From Alkanindiges sp. WGS2144 (GTDB lineage Bacteria > Pseudomonadota > Gammaproteobacteria > Pseudomonadales > Moraxellaceae): 32,000 nt of DNA. Below the pieces are notes generated by a model. That model had not been told where the DNA came from, did not search any database, and was given only the letters and a program-made list of their open reading frames with translations. Positions 1 to 10,300 of the stretch are shown piece after piece. The position numbers and the translations under genes are program-made. The stretch is taken from the NCBI RefSeq assembly GCF_043950625.1, contig NZ_CP171007.1, one strand, 5' to 3'. How positions within the stretch are numbered: position 1 is the stretch's first letter; every line of letters begins with the position of its first letter.

Positions 1-2
1 GA

Positions 3-1085
3 ACCCGGTATGCCGACCAGTTTGCACTAGGTGCATCTCTGGACTTACAAAAAATTCTGGGCTGGCAGGATACTCAGGCAAAAATCACCATTACCAAACG
101 CAATGGACAGTCTTTATCCAACAAAAATTATGGATATATTGGTGATCCCCGCACGGGTCATTTAAGCGCTACGCAGGAAGTTTGGGGCCGTGGCCAAACC
201 TGGCGACTCACTGATTTCTGGATACAAAAACAGTTTCTGGATAAAAAGCTGGATATTAAACTGGGGCGTTTTGGCGAAGGCGAAGACTTTAACAGCTTTG
301 ATTGTGATTTTCAGAATTTAAGCCTGTGCGGTTCACAAGTGGGTAACTGGGTTGGCGATATTTGGTATAATTGGCCGGTTAGTCAATGGGCAGGACGGAT
401 CAGGTATAATTTTCAGCCAGACTGGTATGCTCAGCTTGGCATATTTGAATATAACCCTGAAAACCTTGACCGAAGTAAAGGTTTTAACTTAAGTACTGAT
501 GGCTCACACGGTGCCATTATTCCTGTTGAATTTATCTGGCAACCCAAATTAAGTGTCCGGCAACTTCCCGGTGAATATCGTGCAGGCTATTATCACAGCA
601 CTGCGGATTCCAGCCAGATTAATCATCCTGCCCAGACAGCACATAAACACGGTGGCTGGCTGGTAGTTAAACAGCAATTAACCAGCCAGGCAGATGACAA
701 CAGCCGGGGTTTGTCAGGCTTTGCCAACATTACTGTACATGACAAAAAAACTAATACCGTTGATCACTTCCAGAACGTGGGACTGGTTTATCGCGGCTGG
801 TTAGATGCAAGACCCAAAGATGAAATTGCCCTGGGGCTGGCACGCATCCATGTCAATGATGATGTAAGTCGCCTGCAAAAGGATAATGATCTATTGTTGA
901 ATATTAATGACGCGGCCTATCAACCCATTCAGGGCACCGAATATAACGCTGAAATTTATTATGGTATTCATGCTGCTGACTGGCTGACCATACGACCAAA
1001 TATTCAGTATATTAAACACGCAGGTGGCGTTGGTTATATTGATGAGACCTGGGTGGGTGGGGTTAAATTCCAGCTTGCATTTTAA
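3..1085 (+). CDS. oprB: OprB-family carbohydrate-selective porin, C-terminal ~360 codons (5' end outside window)
   Basis: Frame 3 is open from base 3 (TRYADQFALGASLDLQKILGWQDTQAKITITKRNG...) and runs into track ORF 339..1085, so the Met at 339 is internal. The sequence is an aromatic-rich beta-barrel type ending ...VGGVKFQLAF (terminal Phe, typical of OM barrels). The family call rests on recalled similarity to OprB porins and on the position directly upstream of gcd. Confidence 0.8.
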   Translation, partial: TRYADQFALGASLDLQKILGWQDTQAKITITKRNGQSLSNKNYGYIGDPRTGHLSATQEVWGRGQTWRLTDFWIQKQFLDKKLDIKLGRFGEGEDFNSFDCDFQNLSLCGSQVGNWVGDIWYNWPVSQWAGRIRYNFQPDWYAQLGIFEYNPENLDRSKGFNLSTDGSHGAIIPVEFIWQPKLSVRQLPGEYRAGYYHSTADSSQINHPAQTAHKHGGWLVVKQQLTSQADDNSRGLSGFANITVHDKKTNTVDHFQNVGLVYRGWLDARPKDEIALGLARIHVNDDVSRLQKDNDLLLNINDAAYQPIQGTEYNAEIYYGIHAADWLTIRPNIQYIKHAGGVGYIDETWVGGVKFQLAF

Positions 1086-1439
1086 TTTACCAGATGTTTT
1101 TACAGGCATGTGCAAGCGCCACAAGCCTGATGGCTTGAATCAATAAACTGAATTAACGGTAAAACAAATTTAGGTTAACCCTACAACTTAATAAGATAAT
1201 TTACCCTTTGTTGTATGGTTTATTTAGCAGCTCTGAATGAGTTGGGTAAATTTTAAATCTAACTTAAGAAAGTAAAAATTAGCCCTAAGGTTACAGTTAT
1301 TACGTTTAAGCCTATTTTAGCTACATTTTTTATTAAAAAAATCGCACATAAATCAATCAAAATACTGAATGGTTTAAATAAATAATCAGCAATAATAAAA
1401 ACTCACAATAAAAATATTTATTTAAGCAGTGAGGTAACC

Positions 1440-3998
1440 ATGGCTTCTAATTCTACTTCTCATCATCAGGCTCACTCTGCTTTATGGCCGCGTATTGTCG
1501 GCGTCGTATTATTGCTAAGTGGTATTGCTCTGATAGCTGGTGGTGCCAAGCTACTCAGTCTGGGTGGTTCGTGGTACTACCTGCCAGCCGGTATAGTCCT
1601 GGCCATTTCAGGCTTGCTGCTCCTGTGGCGCAAGGCAACCGCCCTGGGTTTATATGGAATTTTTCTGATTGTAAGTACGATCTGGGCCTGGACAGAAATC
1701 GGCCTGGACTGGTGGCAACTGGTACCGCGTCTGGCATTGTGGTTTGGACTTGGCCTACTGCTGATTCTGCCCTGGTTTCGTAAGCCGTTACTTACAACAC
1801 ATACCGCACCGGTGCATACTATTTTATTATCCATTGGTCTGATTCTGGCAGGTGGCTCTGCACTGATTAGCCAGTTTGTGGATCAGGATAAATACTCACT
1901 AAAAGGCAGCCTTGATCGCGACAACACAGGCGTGACAAGTACCGCTCCTGTCCAGCCGGATGGTGACTGGCAGTCTTATGGTCGCACACCGTTTGGCGAC
2001 CGCTATTCGCCGCTTACCCAAATTACGCCTGATAACGTACACAAGCTGGAAATTGCCTGGAAATACCGTACTGGTGATATTCCCGGGCCTAATGATCCCC
2101 ATGAAACCACTGCCGAAAATACACCTTTAAAGGTAAATGGTAAGCTGTATGTATGCACTCCGCACAGTCAGGTCATTGCCCTCGATCCGGATACCGGCAA
2201 GGAACTATGGCGCTTTGATCCCAAGCTGAGTAGCCAGCGCGCCGGTACTTTTAAAAACTGGGCTCACATGACCTGCCGTGGTGTGGCCTATCATGATGAT
2301 GCCATGTATACGCAAACGACAGTACCCATAGGCAACAATCTGACCGATCCAGCCACGGTACAGAACACCTCTACTACCCAAACCTCCATAGCAGCTCAGC
2401 AAGACAACGCGAGTGCAATAAGTCCAACCACTACTACGGTGGAGGCAGCTCCATCCACAGCAACCAATACGTCCAAAGCCATCTGTACAAAACGTATTTT
2501 CCTGCCCACTGCTGACACCCGCCTCATTGCAATCAATGCAGATACTGGTCAAATGTGCGCTGAGTTTGGCAATAATGGCAGCGTGGACTTAACTGCTAAT
2601 ATGGGCAGCTTTACTCCAGGTGGCTACTACTCTACTTCCCCACCTGCCGTTACCCGCAATCTGGTGATTATTGGCGGTCACGTAACGGATAACCTGTCTA
2701 CCGATGAACCCTCTGGCGTGATTCGCGCCTATGATGCACATGATGGACATCTAGTCTGGAACTGGGATAGTGGAAATCCGACCCAGACTGCACCGATTGC
2801 CGCTGATGGTATCTACACACGCAACTCACCCAATATGTGGTCAATCACGGCAGTAGATGAGAAAAATGGCCTACTTTACCTACCTATGGGCAACCAGATG
2901 CCTGACCAATGGGGCGGTAATCGCACCCGGGAAAGCGAAACCTATAGTGCTGGCGTAACCGCTTTGGACATTGCAACCGGCCAAGTGCGCTGGACATTCC
3001 AGATGACGCATCATGATTTGTGGGATATGGATGTCGGCGGGCAGCCATCGCTGATGGATCTTAAAACCGCTCAGGGTGTGCAGCCAGCCCTGCTTGCCTC
3101 AACCAAGCAAGGCAGCATTTATGTGCTTAACCGGCTAACGGGCAAACCCATTTATCCGGTTAAAGAAACCCCTGTGCCACAAGGCAAGGAAAAAGCCGTG
3201 CTGGCTTCTGGTGAATATTACTCACCAACCCAGCCCATTTCTTCAGTCAACTTTGTACCCAACAAAATGACCGAAGCGGATATGTGGGGTGGTACACCAT
3301 TTGACCAACTCATGTGCCGGATTCAGTACAAATCCATGAACTATGAAGGCATATACACTCCACCCTCTTTAAAAGGTTCACTGGTATTTCCGGGTAATTT
3401 TGGGGTATTTGACTGGGGCGGTATTTCAGTTGACCCCGTACGACAAATTGCTTTTGTTAATCCCAATTTCATGGCATTTAAATCCAAACTGGTGCCAGCC
3501 GAAGCCGTTGCCAGTGGTACAGCCCGCAAAAGTGAGGTTGAAGGTGTACAGCCTAATAAAGGCGCACCATTTGGTGTAATTCTGGAACCATTTATCTCGC
3601 CATTGGGTCTGCCCTGCCAAGCGCCTGCATGGGGTTATGTCGCTGCCATTGACTTAACCACTGGTAAAAGAATATGGATGCACAAGAATGGTACGGTACG
3701 CGATAACTCACCTTTACCACTATACTTCAAGATGGGTGTCCCTAGTCTGGGCGGGCCAATTATGACTGCTGGTGGCGTGGGCTTTTTAAGTGGAACACTG
3801 GATCAGTACCTACGCGCCTATGACATAAAAACTGGCAAGGAATTGTGGAAAGGCCGCCTGCCCGCAGGTGCGCAAACCACCCCAATGACTTATGCCGGCA
3901 AGGACGGTCAGCAATATGTCCTTGTGATGGCAGGTGGGCACGGCTCACTAGGTACGCGTAAAGGCGACTATGTCTACGCTTATAAACTACCCAAATAA
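1440..3998 (+). CDS. gcd: Membrane-bound PQQ-dependent (quinoprotein) glucose dehydrogenase
   Basis: 852-aa ORF with GAGG 7 nt upstream of the ATG. The N-terminus has about five hydrophobic helices (IVGVVLLLSGIALIAGGAKLL..., WYYLPAGIVLAISGLLLLW...). A PQQ beta-propeller follows, with strings recalled from E. coli/Acinetobacter Gcd (TCRGVAYHD, HHDLWDMD, FPGNFGVFDWGGISVDP, PAWGYVAAIDL, LRAYD...G..LW..RLPAG.QTTPMTY). Confidence 0.95.
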   Translation: MASNSTSHHQAHSALWPRIVGVVLLLSGIALIAGGAKLLSLGGSWYYLPAGIVLAISGLLLLWRKATALGLYGIFLIVSTIWAWTEIGLDWWQLVPRLALWFGLGLLLILPWFRKPLLTTHTAPVHTILLSIGLILAGGSALISQFVDQDKYSLKGSLDRDNTGVTSTAPVQPDGDWQSYGRTPFGDRYSPLTQITPDNVHKLEIAWKYRTGDIPGPNDPHETTAENTPLKVNGKLYVCTPHSQVIALDPDTGKELWRFDPKLSSQRAGTFKNWAHMTCRGVAYHDDAMYTQTTVPIGNNLTDPATVQNTSTTQTSIAAQQDNASAISPTTTTVEAAPSTATNTSKAICTKRIFLPTADTRLIAINADTGQMCAEFGNNGSVDLTANMGSFTPGGYYSTSPPAVTRNLVIIGGHVTDNLSTDEPSGVIRAYDAHDGHLVWNWDSGNPTQTAPIAADGIYTRNSPNMWSITAVDEKNGLLYLPMGNQMPDQWGGNRTRESETYSAGVTALDIATGQVRWTFQMTHHDLWDMDVGGQPSLMDLKTAQGVQPALLASTKQGSIYVLNRLTGKPIYPVKETPVPQGKEKAVLASGEYYSPTQPISSVNFVPNKMTEADMWGGTPFDQLMCRIQYKSMNYEGIYTPPSLKGSLVFPGNFGVFDWGGISVDPVRQIAFVNPNFMAFKSKLVPAEAVASGTARKSEVEGVQPNKGAPFGVILEPFISPLGLPCQAPAWGYVAAIDLTTGKRIWMHKNGTVRDNSPLPLYFKMGVPSLGGPIMTAGGVGFLSGTLDQYLRAYDIKTGKELWKGRLPAGAQTTPMTYAGKDGQQYVLVMAGGHGSLGTRKGDYVYAYKLPK

Positions 3999-4013
3999 AC
4001 TTTAACCCTCATT

Positions 4014-4044
4014 AAAATACCTGCCTGCCGGCGGGTATTTTTAT
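4014..4044 (+). terminator. Rho-independent terminator after gcd
   Basis: GC-rich imperfect hairpin TACCTGCC-TGCC-GGCGGGTA followed by TTTTTAT, 16 nt after the gcd stop. Confidence 0.6.
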
Positions 4045-4130
4045 ATTGTATTGCCTTAAACAAAAATCATTACTGAACAGTAGCCAGTTTGATTTATAGT
4101 CAAATTTCAGGAACAGGTGATTGAAAATTT

Positions 4131-4694
4131 ATGCCACGTCAGCCCTTAACCAAACAACAAGCCATCGAGCTTGAGCGCCAGCTCGCCGTTTATGCCAACT
4201 TTATGGATAGCCTGGTACGCATACCATTTACCCGGCAAGGTATTGGTGCCGATGCAGCAATTGGCACTATTCCGGTCGTGGGTGATCTGGCAGGACTTGG
4301 CCTCACCAGTTTCGCCATTTTTAAAGCCTGGCAGGCTGGTGTCCCGGTACATAAACTCACACCAGCCATTCGCCTGGCCCTGCTGGATGTTACTGTCGGT
4401 TTTATACCCGTAGTGGGTGATGTGATGGATGTATTTATTCGCCCCTCGCGTCGGGCACTAGGGATTGTGCATACTCATTTGCATGAGGTACATGGTCTGC
4501 AAAATGATGACCATATCGTGCATCCCTTTTTGCACCGTAAACTGGAACAGCGTCAGCAGCACTCAAAACTCTGGCGCAATCCGGTCATTAGCTGGTTGTG
4601 GCTGCATATTCCTGACCTGATCGGACTGCTGGTATTAGTCTGGTTTGCTTTTACAACTTATTGGCTGATACGTTTTGTGGCAGGAAGCTTCTAA
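4131..4694 (+). CDS. DUF4112-family small membrane protein
   Basis: 187-aa ORF with duplicated IPVVGD motifs (GTIPVVGDLAGLGLTSFAIF, GFIPVVGDVMDVFIRPSRRAL) characteristic of DUF4112 as I recall it. It has a C-terminal TM helix. Confidence 0.75.
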   Translation: MPRQPLTKQQAIELERQLAVYANFMDSLVRIPFTRQGIGADAAIGTIPVVGDLAGLGLTSFAIFKAWQAGVPVHKLTPAIRLALLDVTVGFIPVVGDVMDVFIRPSRRALGIVHTHLHEVHGLQNDDHIVHPFLHRKLEQRQQHSKLWRNPVISWLWLHIPDLIGLLVLVWFAFTTYWLIRFVAGSF

Positions 4695-4785
4695 GCCTAA
4701 ACTGCTTAAAAGCTGCACATTCAAATAAATTTACGCGTGAAATAATTGTTTTTTTATAGCACAGCATGTATTCTTTGCAACCACT

Positions 4786-4875
4786 GGAAGCGTGGCAGAG
4801 TGGTTTAATGCACCGGTCTTGAAAACCGACGAGGGTTCACGCCCTCCGTGAGTTCGAATCTCACCGCTTCCGCCA
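4786..4875 (+). tRNA. tRNA-Ser (anticodon UGA), class II with long variable arm, encoded CCA
   Basis: The acceptor stem GGAAGCG (4786-4792) pairs with CGCTTCC (4865-4871), followed by discriminator G and CCA. The anticodon loop is CT-TGA-AA. A long variable arm (CGAGGGTTCACGCCCTCCG) and a T-arm GAGTTCGAATCTC are present. The sequence closely resembles E. coli tRNA-Ser(UGA) from memory. There is one C-A mismatch at the top of the anticodon stem. Confidence 0.93.
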
Positions 4876-4882
4876 GATTTTT

Positions 4883-4915
4883 AAAAAAGCCGTTGATTAT
4901 CAACGGCTTTTTTAT
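4883..4915 (+). terminator. Rho-independent terminator after tRNA-Ser
   Basis: Perfect stem GCCGTTGA / TCAACGGC (4889-4896 / 4900-4907) flanked by an A-run and TTTTTTATTTT. Confidence 0.75.
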
Positions 4916-5209
4916 TTTCTTAATTTCAAACCTTTTATAATATCAAGATAACTAGCAATCATTAAGCGCTTAATAGTTGCTTTTTCCTACTTAATTAACC
5001 TTTTGACTCGGTATTCAAACGCAGATGCAGGATATGCGTGGCAGTGGTGTGGCGAATATGATCAGGCCGTTCGTTAAAATAACGCTCGCTTAGCTTGTCC
5101 TGCTTTTTATTATGCGTTTCTGGTTTATTCCTGTTCTAAAAAATTATCGGGAATATTAACCCCCTTATAAAATCAATGAATATCTTGATGCAGGGGTACA
5201 CGCGCCCTT

Positions 5210-6100
5210 TTATGCAATACGCTGGGCAGGATTTTTTATTTTCTGGTTAAGAGTGCCATTTTCACCAAACAGCTTATTTCTCCACTCTTCCAAAAGTGCT
5301 TCTGTATCATGCTGTGTGGGATGAAACCCCGGTTTTAAATAATCCAGATATTTAGGTGCAAGTCGTGTAAAGAAACCCTTAGGCCCGAGTGTAAAATTCA
5401 AGCCACTCCATAGCTTACCCACTTTAAATAGCTGCTTGTCATCTGCCACCATCTTGAATGTCATGCCAAGTACTAGCGGCCAGTATACCGCTGATATCAG
5501 CAGCATTGTGCCAACACGCAGTAAATAATTACCGCTCACTGTGGCATATACATCAAAAGCTACCGATTTGTGCTCGGTTTCTTCAAGCGCGTGCCATGTC
5601 CAGAACTCTCTTGCCAGAGGAGCCAACTTTGCCTGCATTTCTGGATCACGCAATAATGCCTCACCAATGATGGCCGTATAATGCTCCAAAGCAGCCGTTG
5701 CAGCCAGTTGAAAAACTGCTGGACAGCGCTGCATGGCTTGGATGGGTAGCCTAAAAATACGTTCGTGATTGTCTACTGAGAATCCTTGCTGAACCAGAGC
5801 CTGATTAAACACATCGTGCTGTCTGGCATGAAATGCCTCTTGCCCAATAAATCCTGAAATTTCAGCATTCAGTTGTGAGTCAGAAATATGATGACGAAAC
5901 TTTCTAACAGACTCCACAAAAAAACGCTCACCATCAGGAATGGCAGATGATAACGTGGTCATTACAGCCGTCAGCAATGGATTATCATCCGCATAGTAGC
6001 GCGGCATTTTTGCCGATGAGAAACCAAAATCCATGTGGCGGGGTGGAATATTGGCAGTACCACGTTGTAACGACTGTGCAAATCTGTGCAATTTTTTCAT
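5210..6100 (-). CDS. Predicted metal-dependent hydrolase family protein (function unknown)
   Basis: I placed the start at MKKLHRFAQSL (6100) because GAGAGGAA lies about 8 nt upstream; the track start at 6154 has no SD. The sequence (FFVESVRKFRHH...GQEAFHARQHD...WHALEETEHKSVAFDVY) has the His/Glu-rich helical pattern of the 'predicted metal-dependent hydrolase' family as I recall it. It is the last gene of the MFE-2/thiolase operon. Confidence 0.75.
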   Translation of the reverse strand: MKKLHRFAQSLQRGTANIPPRHMDFGFSSAKMPRYYADDNPLLTAVMTTLSSAIPDGERFFVESVRKFRHHISDSQLNAEISGFIGQEAFHARQHDVFNQALVQQGFSVDNHERIFRLPIQAMQRCPAVFQLAATAALEHYTAIIGEALLRDPEMQAKLAPLAREFWTWHALEETEHKSVAFDVYATVSGNYLLRVGTMLLISAVYWPLVLGMTFKMVADDKQLFKVGKLWSGLNFTLGPKGFFTRLAPKYLDYLKPGFHPTQHDTEALLEEWRNKLFGENGTLNQKIKNPAQRIA

Positions 6101-6179
6101 GACTACATTTCCTCTCATACCAGTCGCGCTGGCTCGGCAGGTACAAGCCAGCAAATCAGGTTTGGTTAATCAGCAAAAA

Positions 6180-7361
6180 TTAATCGCGCCGATACATGGT
6201 CACCACGCAGGCACCACCCAGCCCCAGATTGTGCTGTAAAGCAATCTGGGCATTGTCAACCTGCCGCTTATCCGCAGTCCCGCGCAATTGCCAAACCAAC
6301 TCGGTACACTGCGCCAAACCTGTTGCACCCAGTGGATGCCCCTTGGATAGCAAGCCGCCGGAAGGATTGGTGACAAACTTGCCGCCATAGGTGTTATCGC
6401 CATCCCAGATAAACTGCTCGGCCCCACCTTCTACGCACAGTCCCAAGCCTTCATAGGTGAGTAATTCATTGGCAGTAAAGCAGTCATGCAGCTCAATCAC
6501 ATCAATATCCTCAGGGCCAATGCCTGCGGCTTCATAGACCTGCTTAGCGGCCTGTTTGGTCATGTCGTAACCCACCATTTTGATCATGCTTTTTTCATTA
6601 AAACTGCTGGCATAATCGGTGGTCATGGTTTGTGCTGCGATATACACAGGATTGGATATACCATGTTTTTTGGCAAATTCGTCAGAACATAAAATGGCAG
6701 CCCCTGCGCCGCAAGTCGGCGGACAGCACTGGAAGCGGGTTAGTGGATCAAACACTTCATCCGACGCCATGATTTCATCCAGTGACAATACCTGCCCAAA
6801 CAAGGCATAAGGATTATTGCTGGCATGCTTACGGGCTTTTTCGGCAATCTTGCCGAAAGTTTCCTTTTTGGTACCATATAACCAGCGATATTCACGCCCT
6901 GCGCCGCCAAACATTTGCGCGGCAGGTGGGGCGGAATTAAAGCCTTGCACATCTGCCATTACCTGCGCATGCTGGCCCATTGGGGTTTCGCGGTCATTAA
7001 ATTTGGCACCCAGTGCACCTTTTTCCATTTTTTCAAAACCCAGCGCCAATACGCATTCGGCCAAACCGCCTTCAATGGCCTGCCGTGCCAGATATAAAGC
7101 ACTGGAACCAGTTGAGCAGTTATTGTTGACATTCACCACAGGAATTCCGGTCAAGCCCAGCTCGTAGGCGGCACGCTGGCCGCAGGTCGAATCACCATAT
7201 ACGTAGCCCGCAAACACTTGTTCGATATCATCATAAACAATGCCTGCATCCTTCAATGCCAACTGCCCTGCCTCACGCGCCATTTCATAATATTCAGGAC
7301 TGGCACCTGGCTTGGCAAACTTGGTCATACCGACTCCAATCACATTCACGCGTCGCTTCAT
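6180..7361 (-). CDS. SCPx/SCP2-type 3-ketoacyl-CoA thiolase (often annotated 'lipid-transfer protein')
   Basis: 393 aa with a thiolase fold: [11 protein letters not shown]..., the active-site Cys context [11 protein letters not shown], and C-terminal GHPLGATG and [11 protein letters not shown]. It resembles the thiolase half of eukaryotic SCPx rather than FadA/AtoB types (recalled similarity). It starts 29 nt downstream of the MFE-2 gene. Confidence 0.9.
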   Translation of the reverse strand: MKRRVNVIGVGMTKFAKPGASPEYYEMAREAGQLALKDAGIVYDDIEQVFAGYVYGDSTCGQRAAYELGLTGIPVVNVNNNCSTGSSALYLARQAIEGGLAECVLALGFEKMEKGALGAKFNDRETPMGQHAQVMADVQGFNSAPPAAQMFGGAGREYRWLYGTKKETFGKIAEKARKHASNNPYALFGQVLSLDEIMASDEVFDPLTRFQCCPPTCGAGAAILCSDEFAKKHGISNPVYIAAQTMTTDYASSFNEKSMIKMVGYDMTKQAAKQVYEAAGIGPEDIDVIELHDCFTANELLTYEGLGLCVEGGAEQFIWDGDNTYGGKFVTNPSGGLLSKGHPLGATGLAQCTELVWQLRGTADKRQVDNAQIALQHNLGLGGACVVTMYRRD

Positions 7362-7390
7362 TGTTGTATTCCTTATTGATCAAGCCAGAG

Positions 7391-10300
7391 TTAGATTAAG
7401 CCATTTAAAAAGTTGAGTTGTTGGGCCAGTCTGGCATCACCTTCAACTCGTAACTCACCATGCTGGTATAGGTCACGGGCACCACGCTGACCTGTAGAAA
7501 GCGCGGTCAGATTTTCATCACTAATACCTATAATAATGGCTGCATCATCACGCTGAGCCTGTGTGACTGTTCCTTCGGCAAAATCTACCAGCCAACTTGC
7601 CTCGGGTTCATAGATATTGAACTGGAACTGTTGCTGTAAGCCTGTACTGGCCTTAATGCTGTCAATCTGTTTTTGCAGGCTGGCAAAAATCATGACTGCA
7701 CTGCTTTTTGCTATTTTGCCTTCTGCCACTTTTTCGGCTGTTGTTGAACTGGATACTATCGGGCTACCACCTGAAGCAACCCGTTTGTCCCGTGCGGCTT
7801 CAACCCGTTTTTGATCCATATCCTGCAATACGGTGAGCTTATTGGAAGCCATTACATTGCCAGTAATTTTTAACTGACCAGCAAAAAATAGCTTTTGTAC
7901 ATCGGCCAGCGAACCCCCAAACACCGTGGCAACATGCTGTTCATCCAGTTGCAGTGTCACATCGGGTTTATCAATGTCCCCAGCACCGGCACTACCCTGG
8001 CCATTTTTCAGGTCAATAAACCATGTGGTTTCAGGGTTTTTAATATTGAACTGGAAGGTGGTTTTAGTTTTACTCACCACCTCAGGTTTGGCAGCAATAT
8101 ATTCACTAATTGCAGTAAACACATCGGTCAGTGTAATTGCCTGATCAACTGCATCGCTGGCTATCGCTGCCCCTTCCTCTATCAAGGGATCGGTGCTACT
8201 GCCCTCTTGCGACAAGCGTTGTTGTTTGGCCTCTTCGTAATGCTGCGGATTAATATCCTGTAGCACGGTTAATTTGTTGGACGCCATCACGTTGCCACCA
8301 ATCTTTAGCTTGCCGCCAAAGAACAGTTTTTGTACATCGGCCAGTGAGCTGGTGACTACGGTTTCCAGATGTTCCTCATTCATTTCCAGTATGACATCGG
8401 CTTTTTCACTTTCGCCTGCCTGACAAGAACCCGCGCCATTTTTTAAATCCAGCGTCCAGACTGAATCAGGGTTTTTCAACTTAAACAGGAATACGGTTTT
8501 GGTTTTATCGACCAATTCAGGATGTTCAGCCACATAATCCCCAACCACTTTAAATACATCGCTAGCAATTAAACGGTCTGGTTCAGTGTTCTGGTTCTGG
8601 CTTACGGCATCAGCTGGTTGAGTGCTTGCTTTCGGTTTTGCCGCAGCTTCTGGAATTTCTTTATATAACTCAATGGCAGCATTTTTAATCACCACCTCAT
8701 CGCGCTCTTTCACACGGGTTTCAAAAATAATGCGGTCATCGGCTTCTTTCCACATACGTGTAACCAGTGTATCGCCAGGGAACACACTCTTGGCAAAACG
8801 TACCTTGATGCTTTTAAAGTAGCGCCCATCATTATTGCAGAACGCCTTGATCACATGCCGCCCGCAATAGCCAAAGGTACACATGCCATGCAGAATGGGC
8901 TTTTCAAACCCAAACGCCTGTGCAAACGCCGGATCAGCATGTAATGGATTCCAGTCCCCGGACAGGCGATACAGCAAGGTCTGGTTGGCATCGGTTTTTT
9001 CTTCAATCACCGCATCCGGTTCACGGTCTGGCGGGGTATTAATCTCACCGGATGGGCCACGGTCACCGCCCCAGCCACCAGCACCCCTGACAAACGAAGT
9101 CATTTCGTTATAGGCAATTTCCTCGCCAGACTCATCCTGTGTGGAAATGGCAAATGTCACCACTGCATTCGGGTCTTTATCGAATGCCTGTTTGAACTTA
9201 AACACATGGCGCAGTTTGGCATGTGGCGGTAGTGGACGCTTAATCTCCATGTATTGCTCACCATGCAATAAACGGTCAAAACCAAAATTCATGCCGGGTA
9301 GTTCAAACGTTCCTGTTTTAGCAGCGGCCAGCATGGCATTGAGTTGTGGCATGGCGCCATAGGTTGGCAGTGCGGCAAATTCGCTACCCAGCTCATACAC
9401 GTATTTCAATTCAGTCTGATCCAGCGGATCACGCGCGGCGCCAATGCCCAGCGCATACAGTGACAGGTCGCGCTCATCATAAGCCGACTCCAGTACCAGC
9501 TCTGCCTTGGCTGCAACATCCAGATCAATAAATTCATTACCGCCCAGATTGGGATGATTAATGCCTTCAATAATTGGTGAAATGGATTCAGTAGTTGAGG
9601 TGGGATAAGTTGCTTCGCTAAAGTCAGTCATTTTGCTCCAGCGTAATGCCACATCATCCACATCAAAAGCACGGGATTTTGGGAAAAAATAACCCTTGGC
9701 ACGCTCCCAGCGTAACTTGGCGACATAGCCTGCACCCACTTCAAACAGGCCTTTAGTTTCCTCACAATCCTCATGACACAACCAGGCCACCACTGGGCTT
9801 ACTGCCTCAGGCTGCAATAAGTCCAGCATTTCCTGCGGCATGACGGTTTCGGTCAAACGTGAGGCGGCTAAAGGTGCAATGGTATTCACATGAATATTTT
9901 TACTTCGGCCTTCTTCGGCCAGACAATTGGCCAAACCTAAAATACCCAGTTTGGCCGCACAGTAATTGGCCTGTCCAAAGTTGCCATAAATACCTGCCGC
10001 AGAAGTGGTCATGACAATGCGGCCATAGCCTTTTTCCCGCATAATCGGCCAGGCGGCATGTGACACACTTTTGCTGCCCTCAAGATGCACGCGCATGACC
10101 AAATCCCAGTCCTGCTCAGTCATTTTGGCAAAACTGGTATCACGCAAAATCCCGGCGTTATTAATCACAATATCCACCGTACCAAAATGATCCAGTGCGG
10201 TCTGCACTATCGCCGTGCCATTTTCTACCGAATCATAGTTGGCAACCGCTTCACCACCCATGGCACGGATTTCTTCCACCACCTTATCAGCAGCAGAGGA

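Noticed and set aside
1198-1252. 9-bp inverted repeat AATTTACCC ... GGGTAAATT downstream of the porin gene as a terminator
   Set aside because: The 37-nt loop and the AT-rich stem are atypical for an intrinsic terminator, and only a short T-run follows. It could be chance in this AT-rich 350-bp spacer.
4990-5135. Integrase-like string next to tRNA-Ser: minus-strand ...SERYFNERPDHIRHTTATHILHLRLNTESKG*
   Set aside because: RHTTATH resembles the tyrosine-recombinase box II and the location beside a tRNA is suggestive. But the frame has no start and is closed by a stop 46 codons upstream. The 'ERY' precedes the RH..AT motif, which is the wrong order for an integrase. I found no direct repeat of the tRNA 3' end in the window. 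The support is insufficient.
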